64,000 nucleotides of DNA from assembly GCA_963713855.1 (NCBI GenBank), contig OY970209.1, positions 736,001-800,000 on the forward strand, in the 5' to 3' direction. This document shows, in pieces, positions 31,197-41,137 of this stretch. Below the pieces are notes generated by a model. That model was not told where the DNA came from. It made no database searches and saw nothing but the letters and a program-made list of their open reading frames with translations. The DNA is from an uncultured bacterium (GTDB lineage: Bacteria > Babelota > Babeliae > Babelales > Babelaceae). Positions within the stretch are counted from its first letter, which is position 1. Each line of letters opens with the position of its first letter. The position numbers were made by a program, and so were the translations under genes.

Positions 31197-32777
31197 CTAT
31201 AACTTACCGAGATCGGAAAGCTCATGAATAGCAGCACGTATTTCCATGGGTAGTTGTGTAAAATGCGTCGGGTTTGGAATTGCGCCTAGTGCTGTCGTTA
31301 TTACTTGAGATTCTTCATTGCCTTCTTGAGCTTCTGGTTGCCCATCAAGGATTATCCTGCTTATCCAGCGCCTGTTTGAAAAAAATCTGAGCGCACGTCT
31401 TATCGTTCGATACCTCTCGTTAGGTCGATGCTTCTCTATTGCAGAGAGTATTTGTATGAGTTCGGTTACATCGAGTTCGATACCGTGTTCCAGAGCGAAT
31501 TGAAGAATGAAGTTAACCATCGGACTATCTCCTCGCATTACTGCAAGATCTAATGCTCTGTTGACTGCATCAGTCCATAGTGAATTATGTTCTTCTACCA
31601 AGGCCCTTTCAGCTAACCACCGAATGTTTTGTAGGCGCAATTTGCGTGCTGCAGCACTTACAAAAGCAGAAGCAAACATTTCTTGGGTAACTGGACAAAT
31701 GCTTTTTTTAAAAATCTCTTCCATCATCTCCACCGTTCCACAAGCTGCAGACAAATCAAACAGTAATGTGCAATGCATTTCATCTAAAAACCATGGGAAA
31801 AACCAGGTAAAATGGGGCATTTTCATTCCGAGAGTTAGAATTGTGGCAAGGTCGCTAGACCAAGAAAATGTGATGTCGATGTCCTCAAGCCGCCGCTCGT
31901 CTGAAGGATTCTCTATTGAGATGCCAAACTTTGGAATCTCAGCTATTGATTTTGGTCCATCTAGAAAACCGTATGAAAGAAGACAGGCTAGCAGTATAAA
32001 CTCCTCATGATTTAGCCCGGCAAGCTCAAATTCTGTTACCTGGCTGTTGAGAAAGCATCGCAACATTACGAGAAAATCAACAGTCATAGAGCCAAAAAGC
32101 TGCATGACTTCTAGAAACGAAGACAAAAAATGGTATATCACGCTGATTGATTCTTCATCAGTATAAGACAAACGTATCTGTCCCGCTGTGGTGACAATTG
32201 CGATCAGAGAATAAAGCCAGGTAGATTCATCGATTGAGGCACCGTTTTTAAAAAGCAGCTTAAGCAATTTCCTTATGTGCGCGGCTTGATCGGCGTAGTC
32301 TTGGGATTTAGTCCCCCTGGCCATCGATCCAATTATAACATGTGCAAAAACTTTAAATGGATTCCATTTAGGCCCTAATGGAGAGCTTGCGGTTGCGTCA
32401 ACTCCGCTAGCAAGAAGTAACTTAAGTGCTTCGTAGTGCCCTGCCCGGGCAGCTAAAAAGAAAAGCATGCTTAGTATATCTGTCCAGCCTCTTTCTATAG
32501 CTATATGAATGCTCTGCATGTGCTTATTGGTTAGCGTGGCTGACAGATCGTGAGCTTGGATGATGCGTATGGCCTCTTTTTTATCTTCGCTTTCAAGAGC
32601 CTCTAGAAGCTTACGTCCTAAATCAGCTGATGACAGAGCGCCCGCGTTCTGATTTCCCTTTTTCTTTTCTTGGCCTGGTGCACCTTGCTCCTGGTTTTTT
32701 TCTTCCATTGCTAAGAGTTTGTCAGGTATGAGCCCTAAAATGCAGATAAGGGCTATAAAAAGGCAAGCATTTTTCAT
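31197..32777 (-). CDS. Exported ankyrin-repeat protein with C-terminal F-box-like motif, copy 4 (in-frame ANK deletion)
   Basis: Signal peptide + AME, fused repeat ILSMLF/FLAARAG, C-terminal FTQLPMEIRAAIHEL. Confidence 0.8.
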   Translation of the reverse strand: MKNACLFIALICILGLIPDKLLAMEEKNQEQGAPGQEKKKGNQNAGALSSADLGRKLLEALESEDKKEAIRIIQAHDLSATLTNKHMQSIHIAIERGWTDILSMLFFLAARAGHYEALKLLLASGVDATASSPLGPKWNPFKVFAHVIIGSMARGTKSQDYADQAAHIRKLLKLLFKNGASIDESTWLYSLIAIVTTAGQIRLSYTDEESISVIYHFLSSFLEVMQLFGSMTVDFLVMLRCFLNSQVTEFELAGLNHEEFILLACLLSYGFLDGPKSIAEIPKFGISIENPSDERRLEDIDITFSWSSDLATILTLGMKMPHFTWFFPWFLDEMHCTLLFDLSAACGTVEMMEEIFKKSICPVTQEMFASAFVSAAARKLRLQNIRWLAERALVEEHNSLWTDAVNRALDLAVMRGDSPMVNFILQFALEHGIELDVTELIQILSAIEKHRPNERYRTIRRALRFFSNRRWISRIILDGQPEAQEGNEESQVITTALGAIPNPTHFTQLPMEIRAAIHELSDLGKL

Positions 32778-32891
32778 TGAACGATGTCCCTTGTATCTCT
32801 ATAAGATCATGAGACTAGCATTAGAAAATAAGAGGGTCTAGCGGGTTTTAGTGCTTTTGAGTGCAAAAAAGTGTGTGATCAATAAATAAAA

Positions 32892-32914
32892 GGGGAAGGA
32901 ATGTATCCTTCCCC
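32892..32914 (-). terminator. Intrinsic terminator of ankyrin copy 5
   Basis: GGGGAAGGA-ATGTA-TCCTTCCCC with an A-run on the left (U-tail on the minus strand). Confidence 0.75.
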
Positions 32915-32953
32915 ATACAAGTTGGTAGCAGTAATGATATGATAGCTAATTCA

Positions 32954-34633
32954 TTATAGCCTACCAAAACTGGCAAGTTCAGTAATAAGGGAACGTATTT
33001 CCATAGGCATTTGGTTAAAATTTGTCGGATGAGGAATGGCACCGGTTAATGTTGTGGCGATTTGAGATTCTTCAGTTTCATCGGCGTCGAAATGGTGAAA
33101 AATGCGGTTTAGCACACGTCTCTGGAGCAAAAAATCTCGCAGTGAGCGCCTAATAGCTCGAAAAGTGTCATTAGGCTGTTGACGTTCAAATGCTGCAAGC
33201 ATTTGCCCTGGTTCTCTTACATTAAGCTCGACATTTTCGCGCATTCCTATAGCAAGGATACGGCTGACGGTAGGAAGGTGTCCTCCAATTGATGCGTGAA
33301 AAAGTGCTCTATTGAGAGCATCGAGCCAGATAGGGTCACGAATGTTTTTGATATTTGCAGACTCGTATATCCAGTCAAAGCAGTCAACACGGCCCGCCGC
33401 TGCGGCGTAAACTAATGCGGATGCAAACATATCTTTAGTTACTGGTGCTAAACTGCGTTCAAAAATTTCTTCCATTATATCGGGCCTACCTAAGGATGCT
33501 GCTAATTCAAACAACATGGTACAATGTAGGTTATCAAGAATTAAAGGTGCTTCCAAACTCGTATCGCAGTTGGTATATGAAGTAGCTCCTATTTTAGCGG
33601 CTTTATCGAGCAACCATTCCATTCTAACGGTAACTGGCAGAGTATTTCCTTTATCATCAACTACTTCGATACCGAACTGAGTAGCATCTTCAGTTGAAAG
33701 TGGGCCAGCGACAAGATCATGCGATAGGAAACAAGAAAGAAATATAAAAGTCTCATGATTGGTTAAGGCAAATAGGCGTGTTCCTGAAGGTTGCAAATAG
33801 AAGATCTTTAGTAATATATCAAGATCGATGCGCTTGTCGCTAAAGAGTTTCATACGCTCTAAAAAAGATTTTAGTAAGCGATATATATTAGATACTGTAT
33901 GGGTGTCCAGTCCATTAACAACAACTAATTCATTACCAATAAGGCTTCTGGCTGCTGCTACAATGAATGTAATGGCATAGTTCCAGCTTTTCTCATCGAA
34001 GGAAGCACCGCATGTAAAGAGTAGCTTTAATACGTTCTCCATGTCTGCGGCTTCTTGCTCATAGTTTCCAGACTTGAGCGCCCTTAAAAGTGCACCAGTC
34101 ACGACAATACCGAGAGCATTGGTAGGCTTTGTTCTCGTTATGCCATTAACTGATTTGACCGTTTTGTTCATTGTTGACGTTGCATCCGCACCGTTATTTA
34201 ACAGGAATGCTATGCAGTCATGACGAACTCTGGAAGCTGCAAAATGAAGGGGACGAGAGCCATCCTCGCTGGCGGCATCGATGCTTGCACCTCTTTCAAG
34301 AAGGATTTTTAGAATCTCAAGATAACCTCGACCGGCGGCTAGGTGAACGGCCGATCGCCCCGCGTCGTCAGTAATGGTGACATCGGTCTCGTGATCTTGA
34401 AGGATCCTTAAAGCTAGTTTACGATTCCCTCTTTTGAGTGCAATTAAGAGATTTCTTCCGTAAAATGCTGGATCTTTCTTGGTGTCGGTGCTCTTTGGTT
34501 TTTGCTTTGTGTCACTTTTCTGATCTTCAAGATCATAAAGTTTTCGCTTACCGTCGCCTATGGCAGAAAGCGTGCTAGGTAATCCTAGGCAAAACGCACA
34601 GGTAAGAGTTGCAAAAAATAAGCTGTTTTTCAT
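32954..34633 (-). CDS. Exported ankyrin-repeat protein with C-terminal F-box-like motif, copy 5
   Basis: Signal peptide, ANK repeats (SAVHLAAGRG, RPLHFAA), C-terminal FNQMPMEIRSLITEL. Confidence 0.85.
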   Translation of the reverse strand: MKNSLFFATLTCAFCLGLPSTLSAIGDGKRKLYDLEDQKSDTKQKPKSTDTKKDPAFYGRNLLIALKRGNRKLALRILQDHETDVTITDDAGRSAVHLAAGRGYLEILKILLERGASIDAASEDGSRPLHFAASRVRHDCIAFLLNNGADATSTMNKTVKSVNGITRTKPTNALGIVVTGALLRALKSGNYEQEAADMENVLKLLFTCGASFDEKSWNYAITFIVAAARSLIGNELVVVNGLDTHTVSNIYRLLKSFLERMKLFSDKRIDLDILLKIFYLQPSGTRLFALTNHETFIFLSCFLSHDLVAGPLSTEDATQFGIEVVDDKGNTLPVTVRMEWLLDKAAKIGATSYTNCDTSLEAPLILDNLHCTMLFELAASLGRPDIMEEIFERSLAPVTKDMFASALVYAAAAGRVDCFDWIYESANIKNIRDPIWLDALNRALFHASIGGHLPTVSRILAIGMRENVELNVREPGQMLAAFERQQPNDTFRAIRRSLRDFLLQRRVLNRIFHHFDADETEESQIATTLTGAIPHPTNFNQMPMEIRSLITELASFGRL

Positions 34634-34848
34634 TAACAAAATGCCTTTCTAAAGTTAGTGGGCGAGTACTTTAAATAAAAAAAGATCCTATCTTGAGGAC
34701 CTTTTTTGATAAAGAATGTTTCCACCTTAAAGACTAAACTAATTTAATAATATTTCAAGATTGTATTAATAAATAGTTTTTGGTTCGCTATTTTTCTCTT
34801 TTGAAGTACCGATTTTTTTGAATAGCTTTGCGGACTTTAAGCCTTTTT

Positions 34849-35475
34849 TTACTCTGTAACGTGTTCTTTTTTGAGGTACACTTTGACGCCGATGCCTATG
34901 AGAGCTATAAGTCCTAGCAAAAGGCCAATAAGTTTGAGTAAATCACTTAAAGAGGCCCATGACTGCATAAGGCCTGTAAGGAGTGTCAAGGTGCCACCCA
35001 TGATAAACCCTATTTCAAGTGGAAGCACTGGGATGAAAAATGCACCTAAGAATGCAAACAAAGCGATGATGATGGCTATGTAAAGATGAGTTTTTAGTGG
35101 AACTTCATTAACGCGCTTATATGTTGTATTTCTACTCTCACGTGCAACTTCGATGTTATTTCTCAATGTTGCAAGCTTTGATTCAAGAGCATTGACTTCT
35201 TTATCTATCTCTATGCTTTGTGCTGGTTGCTGTGTGCTGACGATTTTTTGAGTAATTTTTAATTCCCGAAGCTCTTCATCTGCTTCTCTCCTTTGTTTTT
35301 CTAAGTCTTTGCAGTTCACGCCTTTGTACTCGCACTGAATATCGTCATATGCGACAGTTGGTTTGATGACGCGGGCTAAAAGGTAAGCGACAAAAGGAAG
35401 TAGAAGTCCGATTGCGATGCTTAAAGTTATATCTCTTACAAGTGCAGCAAGTGTATGCGTCTTTCTAAGATCCAT
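34849..35475 (-). CDS. Membrane protein with extracytoplasmic coiled coil
   Basis: One N-terminal TM helix, a Cys pair, a long heptad region, three C-terminal TM helices. Confidence 0.7.
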   Translation of the reverse strand: MDLRKTHTLAALVRDITLSIAIGLLLPFVAYLLARVIKPTVAYDDIQCEYKGVNCKDLEKQRREADEELRELKITQKIVSTQQPAQSIEIDKEVNALESKLATLRNNIEVARESRNTTYKRVNEVPLKTHLYIAIIIALFAFLGAFFIPVLPLEIGFIMGGTLTLLTGLMQSWASLSDLLKLIGLLLGLIALIGIGVKVYLKKEHVTE

Positions 35476-35704
35476 AATTATACCTTTCTTATATGATCAA
35501 TTTCATCGCAACTAAAACTATTGAGCGTCTATTCTTATCATCTGGATGGGTCAAGTATACGCTCCAGTTTATCTTTTGCCAAGATATATGAACGATTTGG
35601 TTTTTATAAGGAACAGTAAGTTTGATGCTTGTAATAGATGTATTGGTATTCTCTGAAAATTTGCATAAACTAGGTAGGCAGTTTTAAAATGCAAGAGAAT
35701 AGTC

Positions 35705-36850
35705 ATGATTTTTTCACCGCAGCCAGCAGTTGTTTACATTATTACAAAGCTTGAACTTGGTGGAGCGCAAAAAGTATGCCTTGCCCTTTTTAAAGAGCTT
35801 CAAAAACGAAATGGAATTGTGTATCTCATCACCGGCAATGAAGGTGAGCTTGTTGATCAAGTGAAGGATTTACCGAACGTTTTTCTTCTTAAAAGCCTCA
35901 AACGCGAGGTGCGTTTTTTTTCTCTATTTTCAGAGGTTAAAACATTTTTTTCGATGATGCGCATTTTGCGTAACCTTAAAAAGAAACATGCAGATATCGT
36001 CGTTCATACTCATGGCTCAAAGGCTGGTGCATTGGGTCGATTTGCAGCATTTTTTGCCGGTATAAAAAAGAGAGTACATACGATCCATGGCTTTCCTTTT
36101 CATGGGCATATGAGCTTTCCCGTCTGGTTTGCACTCTATTCGATAGAGGTTTTGTGTGCTCCGTTGACGACGCATTATATTTGCGTATCTAATGCTGATG
36201 TCCAAACGGGGATTAAAAAAGTACCCTTTTTTAAAGAAAAGTTCTCGCTTATACGTGCAGCTGTAGATATTGAGCACTTTTTTATACCAGCTCGTCAAAC
36301 AAGTGCTTTTCCAGATCGTGGGAAACCTTTCATTTTTGGAACAATTGCTTGCTTTAAAAAGCAAAAAAATATTTTTGATACGCTCAAAGCTTTTCAACAT
36401 GCTCATGAACAAAATCGCTATGTTCGCCTTGAAATAATAGGAGATGGTAGGCTACGACCTGCAATTGAAATATGGATTAAAGAGCACAATTTGCATAGCG
36501 TTGTCACGCTCCATGGTTGGCAACATGACGTTAAACCCTTTTTAAATAGCTGGCATGCCTTTGTGTTAACTTCTTTATGGGAGGGTCTTCCTTGTGCGCT
36601 TATTGAAGCTCGGCTGAGTAAATTGCCTATTTTATGCTACGATACTGGCGGTGTTCGTGACGTTATTTATCATGGAGTTAACGGATTTGTCTATCCCCAG
36701 TATGAATGGAAACAGCTTGCTCGCGGGATGCTTTCTCTGGCTTCGGATGAGCTTTTGTTTATAGCACTTCGCCATTACCCAGATAACCTTACTGATTTTG
36801 GTCTGACTACGATGATACACAAACATGAACAACTGTATTCGGTGCTTTAG
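35705..36850 (+). CDS. Glycosyltransferase family 4 (GT-B)
   Basis: LELGGAQK, VHTHGSKAG, HTIHG, TSLWEGLP, YDTGGVRDVI. Confidence 0.92.
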   Translation: MIFSPQPAVVYIITKLELGGAQKVCLALFKELQKRNGIVYLITGNEGELVDQVKDLPNVFLLKSLKREVRFFSLFSEVKTFFSMMRILRNLKKKHADIVVHTHGSKAGALGRFAAFFAGIKKRVHTIHGFPFHGHMSFPVWFALYSIEVLCAPLTTHYICVSNADVQTGIKKVPFFKEKFSLIRAAVDIEHFFIPARQTSAFPDRGKPFIFGTIACFKKQKNIFDTLKAFQHAHEQNRYVRLEIIGDGRLRPAIEIWIKEHNLHSVVTLHGWQHDVKPFLNSWHAFVLTSLWEGLPCALIEARLSKLPILCYDTGGVRDVIYHGVNGFVYPQYEWKQLARGMLSLASDELLFIALRHYPDNLTDFGLTTMIHKHEQLYSVL

Positions 36851-36892
36851 AGCTTATTTATTGTTTAATATTGCTTATTATTTTAACTCTTG

Positions 36893-38044
36893 TTAAAAAT
36901 GGTATGAAAAGCCAAGCCAAGCTGTGTAAGTGTTAGATGTTCTTAGGGGTACAAATCCATACGATGCTCCAACGTTAAGAGAAAAAGGATAGGCAGTTTC
37001 TTTTAAGGTGAAGCTGTATTGTCCGTAAAGCGTGTGGCGAGTGTAAGAATCCAATAATCTCTTTTTTGCAAGATCTACGTGTTTTTTAGGTACAAGAACA
37101 AAGTAAGGATTGAAAGACAGCCTTGGGTTATAGCCTAATTCTACAGAATGGTTGTCTTTTGTATATGCGAGGGCGGCGAGAAAATCAACTATCGTTCCAA
37201 CATCGTTTTTTTGATTGAAATAGTTATACGGTAATTTATGAATTGCGTACCCTATTTCTTTATCAAGAAGGTAATGCTGAAAACCTTTTAAAGTACTAAA
37301 GCGCTCAAATTGATGAATCAAGCGTGCATTTACTTTGACGGCTGCGTTTTCACCGCTCACATTGCTAACCCAAAAAGTGTACAGCGTATCAAGTCCCGTG
37401 CCCAGTGACACATGGAACTTATGTTCTAGCTTTATTGGTTCGGTAAGATTTATTTCTTTTAATTGTTCTCTAGTGTAACAAGGCAGTATGGAAAGACCAG
37501 TCAATCCATAAAGGCTTACAAAGCTGTATGGCGTACGTATAAAATCATATCCAACGCTAAAAAGCCCACTGTTAAAACCAAAATCTGCTGTTGAGGTATT
37601 TAAAGAGGTGTTATTTGTCAAACTTCTACCAAACGTATTTGCTTGTTCGCATAAAGTGAGTGTTGAGTCGCCTGTTATATCATTAAGCTCGTATACATCC
37701 GATAGATAGTCCGAAAAATGTGTTATCGGTGCACTAACACTACTATGTGAAGACTGCCCGGCGAGGGCAATAGTCGCTTCTAGCCATAGCGCATGCAAGG
37801 AATACCTTAAAGTTCCAATACCACCTGCGATACAGCTTTCATAACTCATGCGGTGCGCATTGTCTTTGGTGTAAAAGAAGAAGGGAGCCATAGATGCGCT
37901 AAATGTATACGCTTCAGGTTGAGGCAAAACGCTTTCTAGTGCATTTCTCAAAACCAAATCATAAGCAATTGGCCTTGCGTATATCGTAATATAAATGTTT
38001 GGAATCAGTAGGCCAATTATAAGAAGCTTTTTTAGAAAGATCAT
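36893..38044 (-). CDS. Probable outer-membrane beta-barrel protein
   Basis: Signal peptide, amphipathic strands, terminal aromatic BAM-type signature AWLGFSYHF. Confidence 0.65.
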   Translation of the reverse strand: MIFLKKLLIIGLLIPNIYITIYARPIAYDLVLRNALESVLPQPEAYTFSASMAPFFFYTKDNAHRMSYESCIAGGIGTLRYSLHALWLEATIALAGQSSHSSVSAPITHFSDYLSDVYELNDITGDSTLTLCEQANTFGRSLTNNTSLNTSTADFGFNSGLFSVGYDFIRTPYSFVSLYGLTGLSILPCYTREQLKEINLTEPIKLEHKFHVSLGTGLDTLYTFWVSNVSGENAAVKVNARLIHQFERFSTLKGFQHYLLDKEIGYAIHKLPYNYFNQKNDVGTIVDFLAALAYTKDNHSVELGYNPRLSFNPYFVLVPKKHVDLAKKRLLDSYTRHTLYGQYSFTLKETAYPFSLNVGASYGFVPLRTSNTYTAWLGFSYHF

Positions 38045-38171
38045 TCTTTTCCTGTTACAAAGATTGTGTCAGGTAAAGTATAGAGATAAAAAAATTACTT
38101 TCAATAATTTAAAAGCAATTATTAGTTTGAGAAATGATATTTTAAAATGAAATGTATAGTGTTATTAGTGA

Positions 38172-38900
38172 CTACTTTGCTGTAGTGCGCTTAGTGCGGG
38201 GTTTTGAATAAAGATAGTCGTCTTCGATACGTTCAAGTGGTGCTAAGGTTTTATAGGTGTTCCAGCTTGTCCGAACAATGGGTGGTGGATTAAAGCGATG
38301 TTTCCAAACAAATAAGCGTGTTTTAGGATCTCCGGGGCTACCGCTTCCAAAATCTCCGTAGCGTTCTTTATAATCCTCATACTGCTTATCTGATGAATAT
38401 TTTGCCAAAATCGATGCAGCGCCAACGACTGTGTATGTTTCATCTGCACGGTGCTCGGGTACTATATGAGCATCAAGTATATTTTTTTTATCGAACACAA
38501 TGCTTAAAGGGAGTGTCGAACTATTGGCTAAAAACTCATAGCGCTCACGAAATTTTTTCTCAGAAGTTTCCCAGTTATCGACATATATGAATTCAGGAAC
38601 GCTTTCTTGCAGATCGCTTATAATCTTGAATACGGTCAACATTTCCCACTCATTAAGATTAAAGCTTTTGTTATCGATCATTGCCGGTGTAAGCTGTTGA
38701 ATGCTGATAGTAAGCGCAGTTTCTTGAATAATCGCAGCAAGCTGGTCTCTTTTTTTCCTTGCTACGAGTTTACTATCTTTGACCCCTAAACGCTTCCATT
38801 TTTTTATCGTTTTTTCATCCGCTACAACACCCGCTACAAAAATGCTCCCAATGCAGGGACACTTTGTCGCATCGTCTATGCCAGCTACTATCTTACTCAT
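38172..38900 (-). CDS. rnhB: Ribonuclease HII, archaeal/eukaryotic-type, with variant motifs
   Basis: GIDDA, GVKDSK, YVD, EHRADETYTVVGAASILAK, DFGSGSPGDPKT, IVRTSW. Confidence 0.85.
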   Translation of the reverse strand: MSKIVAGIDDATKCPCIGSIFVAGVVADEKTIKKWKRLGVKDSKLVARKKRDQLAAIIQETALTISIQQLTPAMIDNKSFNLNEWEMLTVFKIISDLQESVPEFIYVDNWETSEKKFRERYEFLANSSTLPLSIVFDKKNILDAHIVPEHRADETYTVVGAASILAKYSSDKQYEDYKERYGDFGSGSPGDPKTRLFVWKHRFNPPPIVRTSWNTYKTLAPLERIEDDYLYSKPRTKRTTAK

Positions 38901-39057
38901 GAATCCTCGGCAGCATGTTCATTAATTCAATTATATAATTTTCAAATTCCATAAGCAAATAATTTCTCTTGCGGGCTCCTATATGTTCGATTTAGTTTGC
39001 ATGGTATACTAGCTCATTAATAAAAACTGGTATCTTTTTCTCAAAAAGGCTTATTTG

Positions 39058-39972
39058 ATGGTTTACAAGGATATTCTGCATGCTATAGGTAATACGCCTT
39101 TGATAGAGCTCGATCTTGGTACACCGGCAACCATTTACGCAAAGCTTGAATATCTGAATCCGGGTGGCAGCATCAAAGATCGTACCGCCTTATATATGAT
39201 CGAAAAAGCTGAGCGCGATGGCACGTTAAAACCGGGTGGAACTATCATTGAAGCATCATCGGGAAACCAGGGAATAGGCGCTGCGCTTATTGGAGCGGCT
39301 AAAGGCTATAGAGTTATTATTACAGCTTCCCAGAAGATAAGTACGGAAAAAGTAGATACCTTGCGAGCGTATGGGGCCGAGGTACAGCAATACCCGCCAA
39401 CGAGCTCATTTTCAGATCCAGATAATTATTATAATAAAGCACTTTCATTACACCGATCAACTCCAAACTCATTCATGCTTAATCAATACTTTAACCTTGA
39501 TAATAGTGAAGCCCATTATCACTTGACGGGGCCTGAGATTTGGAAACAGACAAAAGGGCACATTACTCATTTTTGTACGGGCGCTGGCTCTGGTGGCACG
39601 GTAAGCGGGGCTGGAAGGTACTTAAAGGAGCAAAACCCTTCTATTAAAGTGATTGCAGTGGATGCGTTAAATTCTTATCGGACTACCAAAGGAAACCCGA
39701 AGCCGTATAAAATAGAAGGCTTTGGTATAGATTATGATTCTCCGCTTATTGATAGTAAGATCATTGATGAATTTCTTCCAGTTTCAGATACTGATGCTTT
39801 TGACATGTTAAAGCGTTTGGCTCGAAAGCACGGTCTTTTAGTGGGCCCCACAAGCGGTGCTGTAGCGCATGCGGTCTTTCAGTACGCCCAAAACCTGACA
39901 CCAAATGACACTATTGTGACACTCTTTACCGACTCGGGAAGAGCATATCTTACAAAAGGCTTTTATAGTTAA
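39058..39972 (+). CDS. cysK: PLP-dependent cysteine synthase / cystathionine beta-synthase family protein
   Basis: IGNTPL, KLEYLNPGGSIKDR, SSGNQG, GAGSGGT, IEGFG, GPTSGA, DSGRAYL. Confidence 0.88.
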   Translation: MVYKDILHAIGNTPLIELDLGTPATIYAKLEYLNPGGSIKDRTALYMIEKAERDGTLKPGGTIIEASSGNQGIGAALIGAAKGYRVIITASQKISTEKVDTLRAYGAEVQQYPPTSSFSDPDNYYNKALSLHRSTPNSFMLNQYFNLDNSEAHYHLTGPEIWKQTKGHITHFCTGAGSGGTVSGAGRYLKEQNPSIKVIAVDALNSYRTTKGNPKPYKIEGFGIDYDSPLIDSKIIDEFLPVSDTDAFDMLKRLARKHGLLVGPTSGAVAHAVFQYAQNLTPNDTIVTLFTDSGRAYLTKGFYS

Positions 39973-41012
39973 AGCTGAATAGTGCTTTCAACTTGTGGAT
40001 AAGGTGCTATGAGCGTACGCGGAATAACGTTAAGCGTTTGTCCAATTTTTAAGCAAGCAAGGCTCCTGTTTTCAAGATGTGGCATATACGCTTTCCACCA
40101 AGCTTGTAAGCGCTTTATCGGATCAAGCGGTTTATCTATTCCTAAATGATATGCTCCCCAGTGCATGGGAACGAATGCTCGTGCACCAAGATCAAGAAAT
40201 GCTTGCGCGGCTTCTTCGGCATTAACATGTGAGCAGTACATAAGCTCACGCGGTTCACAGGGCCCTATCGGCATAAGTGCCACATCGATGGATGGATATC
40301 GCTCAGCAATAGCTTTAAAATGGCTGCCATAAGCAGTATCGCCCGCAAAATAGACTGAGCTTGTTCCGTAGGTGTGTCCTTCGATCATCCATCCGCCCCA
40401 CAAAGAGCGATTATGATCAAAAAAACCGCGGCGTGACCAGTGAACAGCGGGTACAAAAGTACAATGAAGTGTGTCGGAGAGCGCTAACCGGTCCCACCAC
40501 ATACACTCATGGACGCGCTCAAATCCGCGAGCGCTAAACCAACGCTTATCACCATGGGGAACTAAGAATAGTGGGTTAAAGCGTTCTTTAAGCACATGAA
40601 GAGAATAGGCGTCCATGTGGTCAGGGTGGTTATGGGAAAGAAGGACCGCGTCAATGGGTGGAAGGCGGTCTATGGTAATACCTGGTGGTGTGAGTCGCTG
40701 AAATCGAAGAAAATAGCAGAGATTTCCAAAGATGGGATCAGTCAAAATTGTTTTGCCGCCTATGGTGATGAGAAAAGTCGAGTGGCCAATCCATGTAACA
40801 TGCGTCTCACGCGTTAAAAAAGCGGGTGGTGGTAAAGGGGAATGATCTAGAACCCAGGTTTTAAGCTCTTTTGTATCAAAGGTCCTTGATGATAACATTA
40901 AGCGAACAAACGCGCGTACAGCCCTCCAAAACGTATTTTTAGTTTTTTCTCCAGGATAACTTGCAAAACGGTCTTTGTGCACATGCGGAAAATGCCACCT
41001 GTTCTGAGCCAT
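39969..41012 (-). CDS. MBL-fold metallo-hydrolase (NAPE-PLD/RomA-like)
   Basis: WIGHST, LTDPIF, SHNHPDHMD, PAVHWSRR, FAGDTAY, PMHWG. Confidence 0.9.
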   Translation of the reverse strand: MAQNRWHFPHVHKDRFASYPGEKTKNTFWRAVRAFVRLMLSSRTFDTKELKTWVLDHSPLPPPAFLTRETHVTWIGHSTFLITIGGKTILTDPIFGNLCYFLRFQRLTPPGITIDRLPPIDAVLLSHNHPDHMDAYSLHVLKERFNPLFLVPHGDKRWFSARGFERVHECMWWDRLALSDTLHCTFVPAVHWSRRGFFDHNRSLWGGWMIEGHTYGTSSVYFAGDTAYGSHFKAIAERYPSIDVALMPIGPCEPRELMYCSHVNAEEAAQAFLDLGARAFVPMHWGAYHLGIDKPLDPIKRLQAWWKAYMPHLENRSLACLKIGQTLNVIPRTLIAPYPQVESTIQL

Positions 41013-41137
41013 AGTTGTTACTTTTTACTTTTGATAAGCAGTTTAAGGGTGGTATACTAAACACTAATGCTACCCTACTTTGAGCAAAATATCAAAAAGA
41101 GTCTCGAATGTTTTTCTTATTGCAGTAAGGCCTTTCC

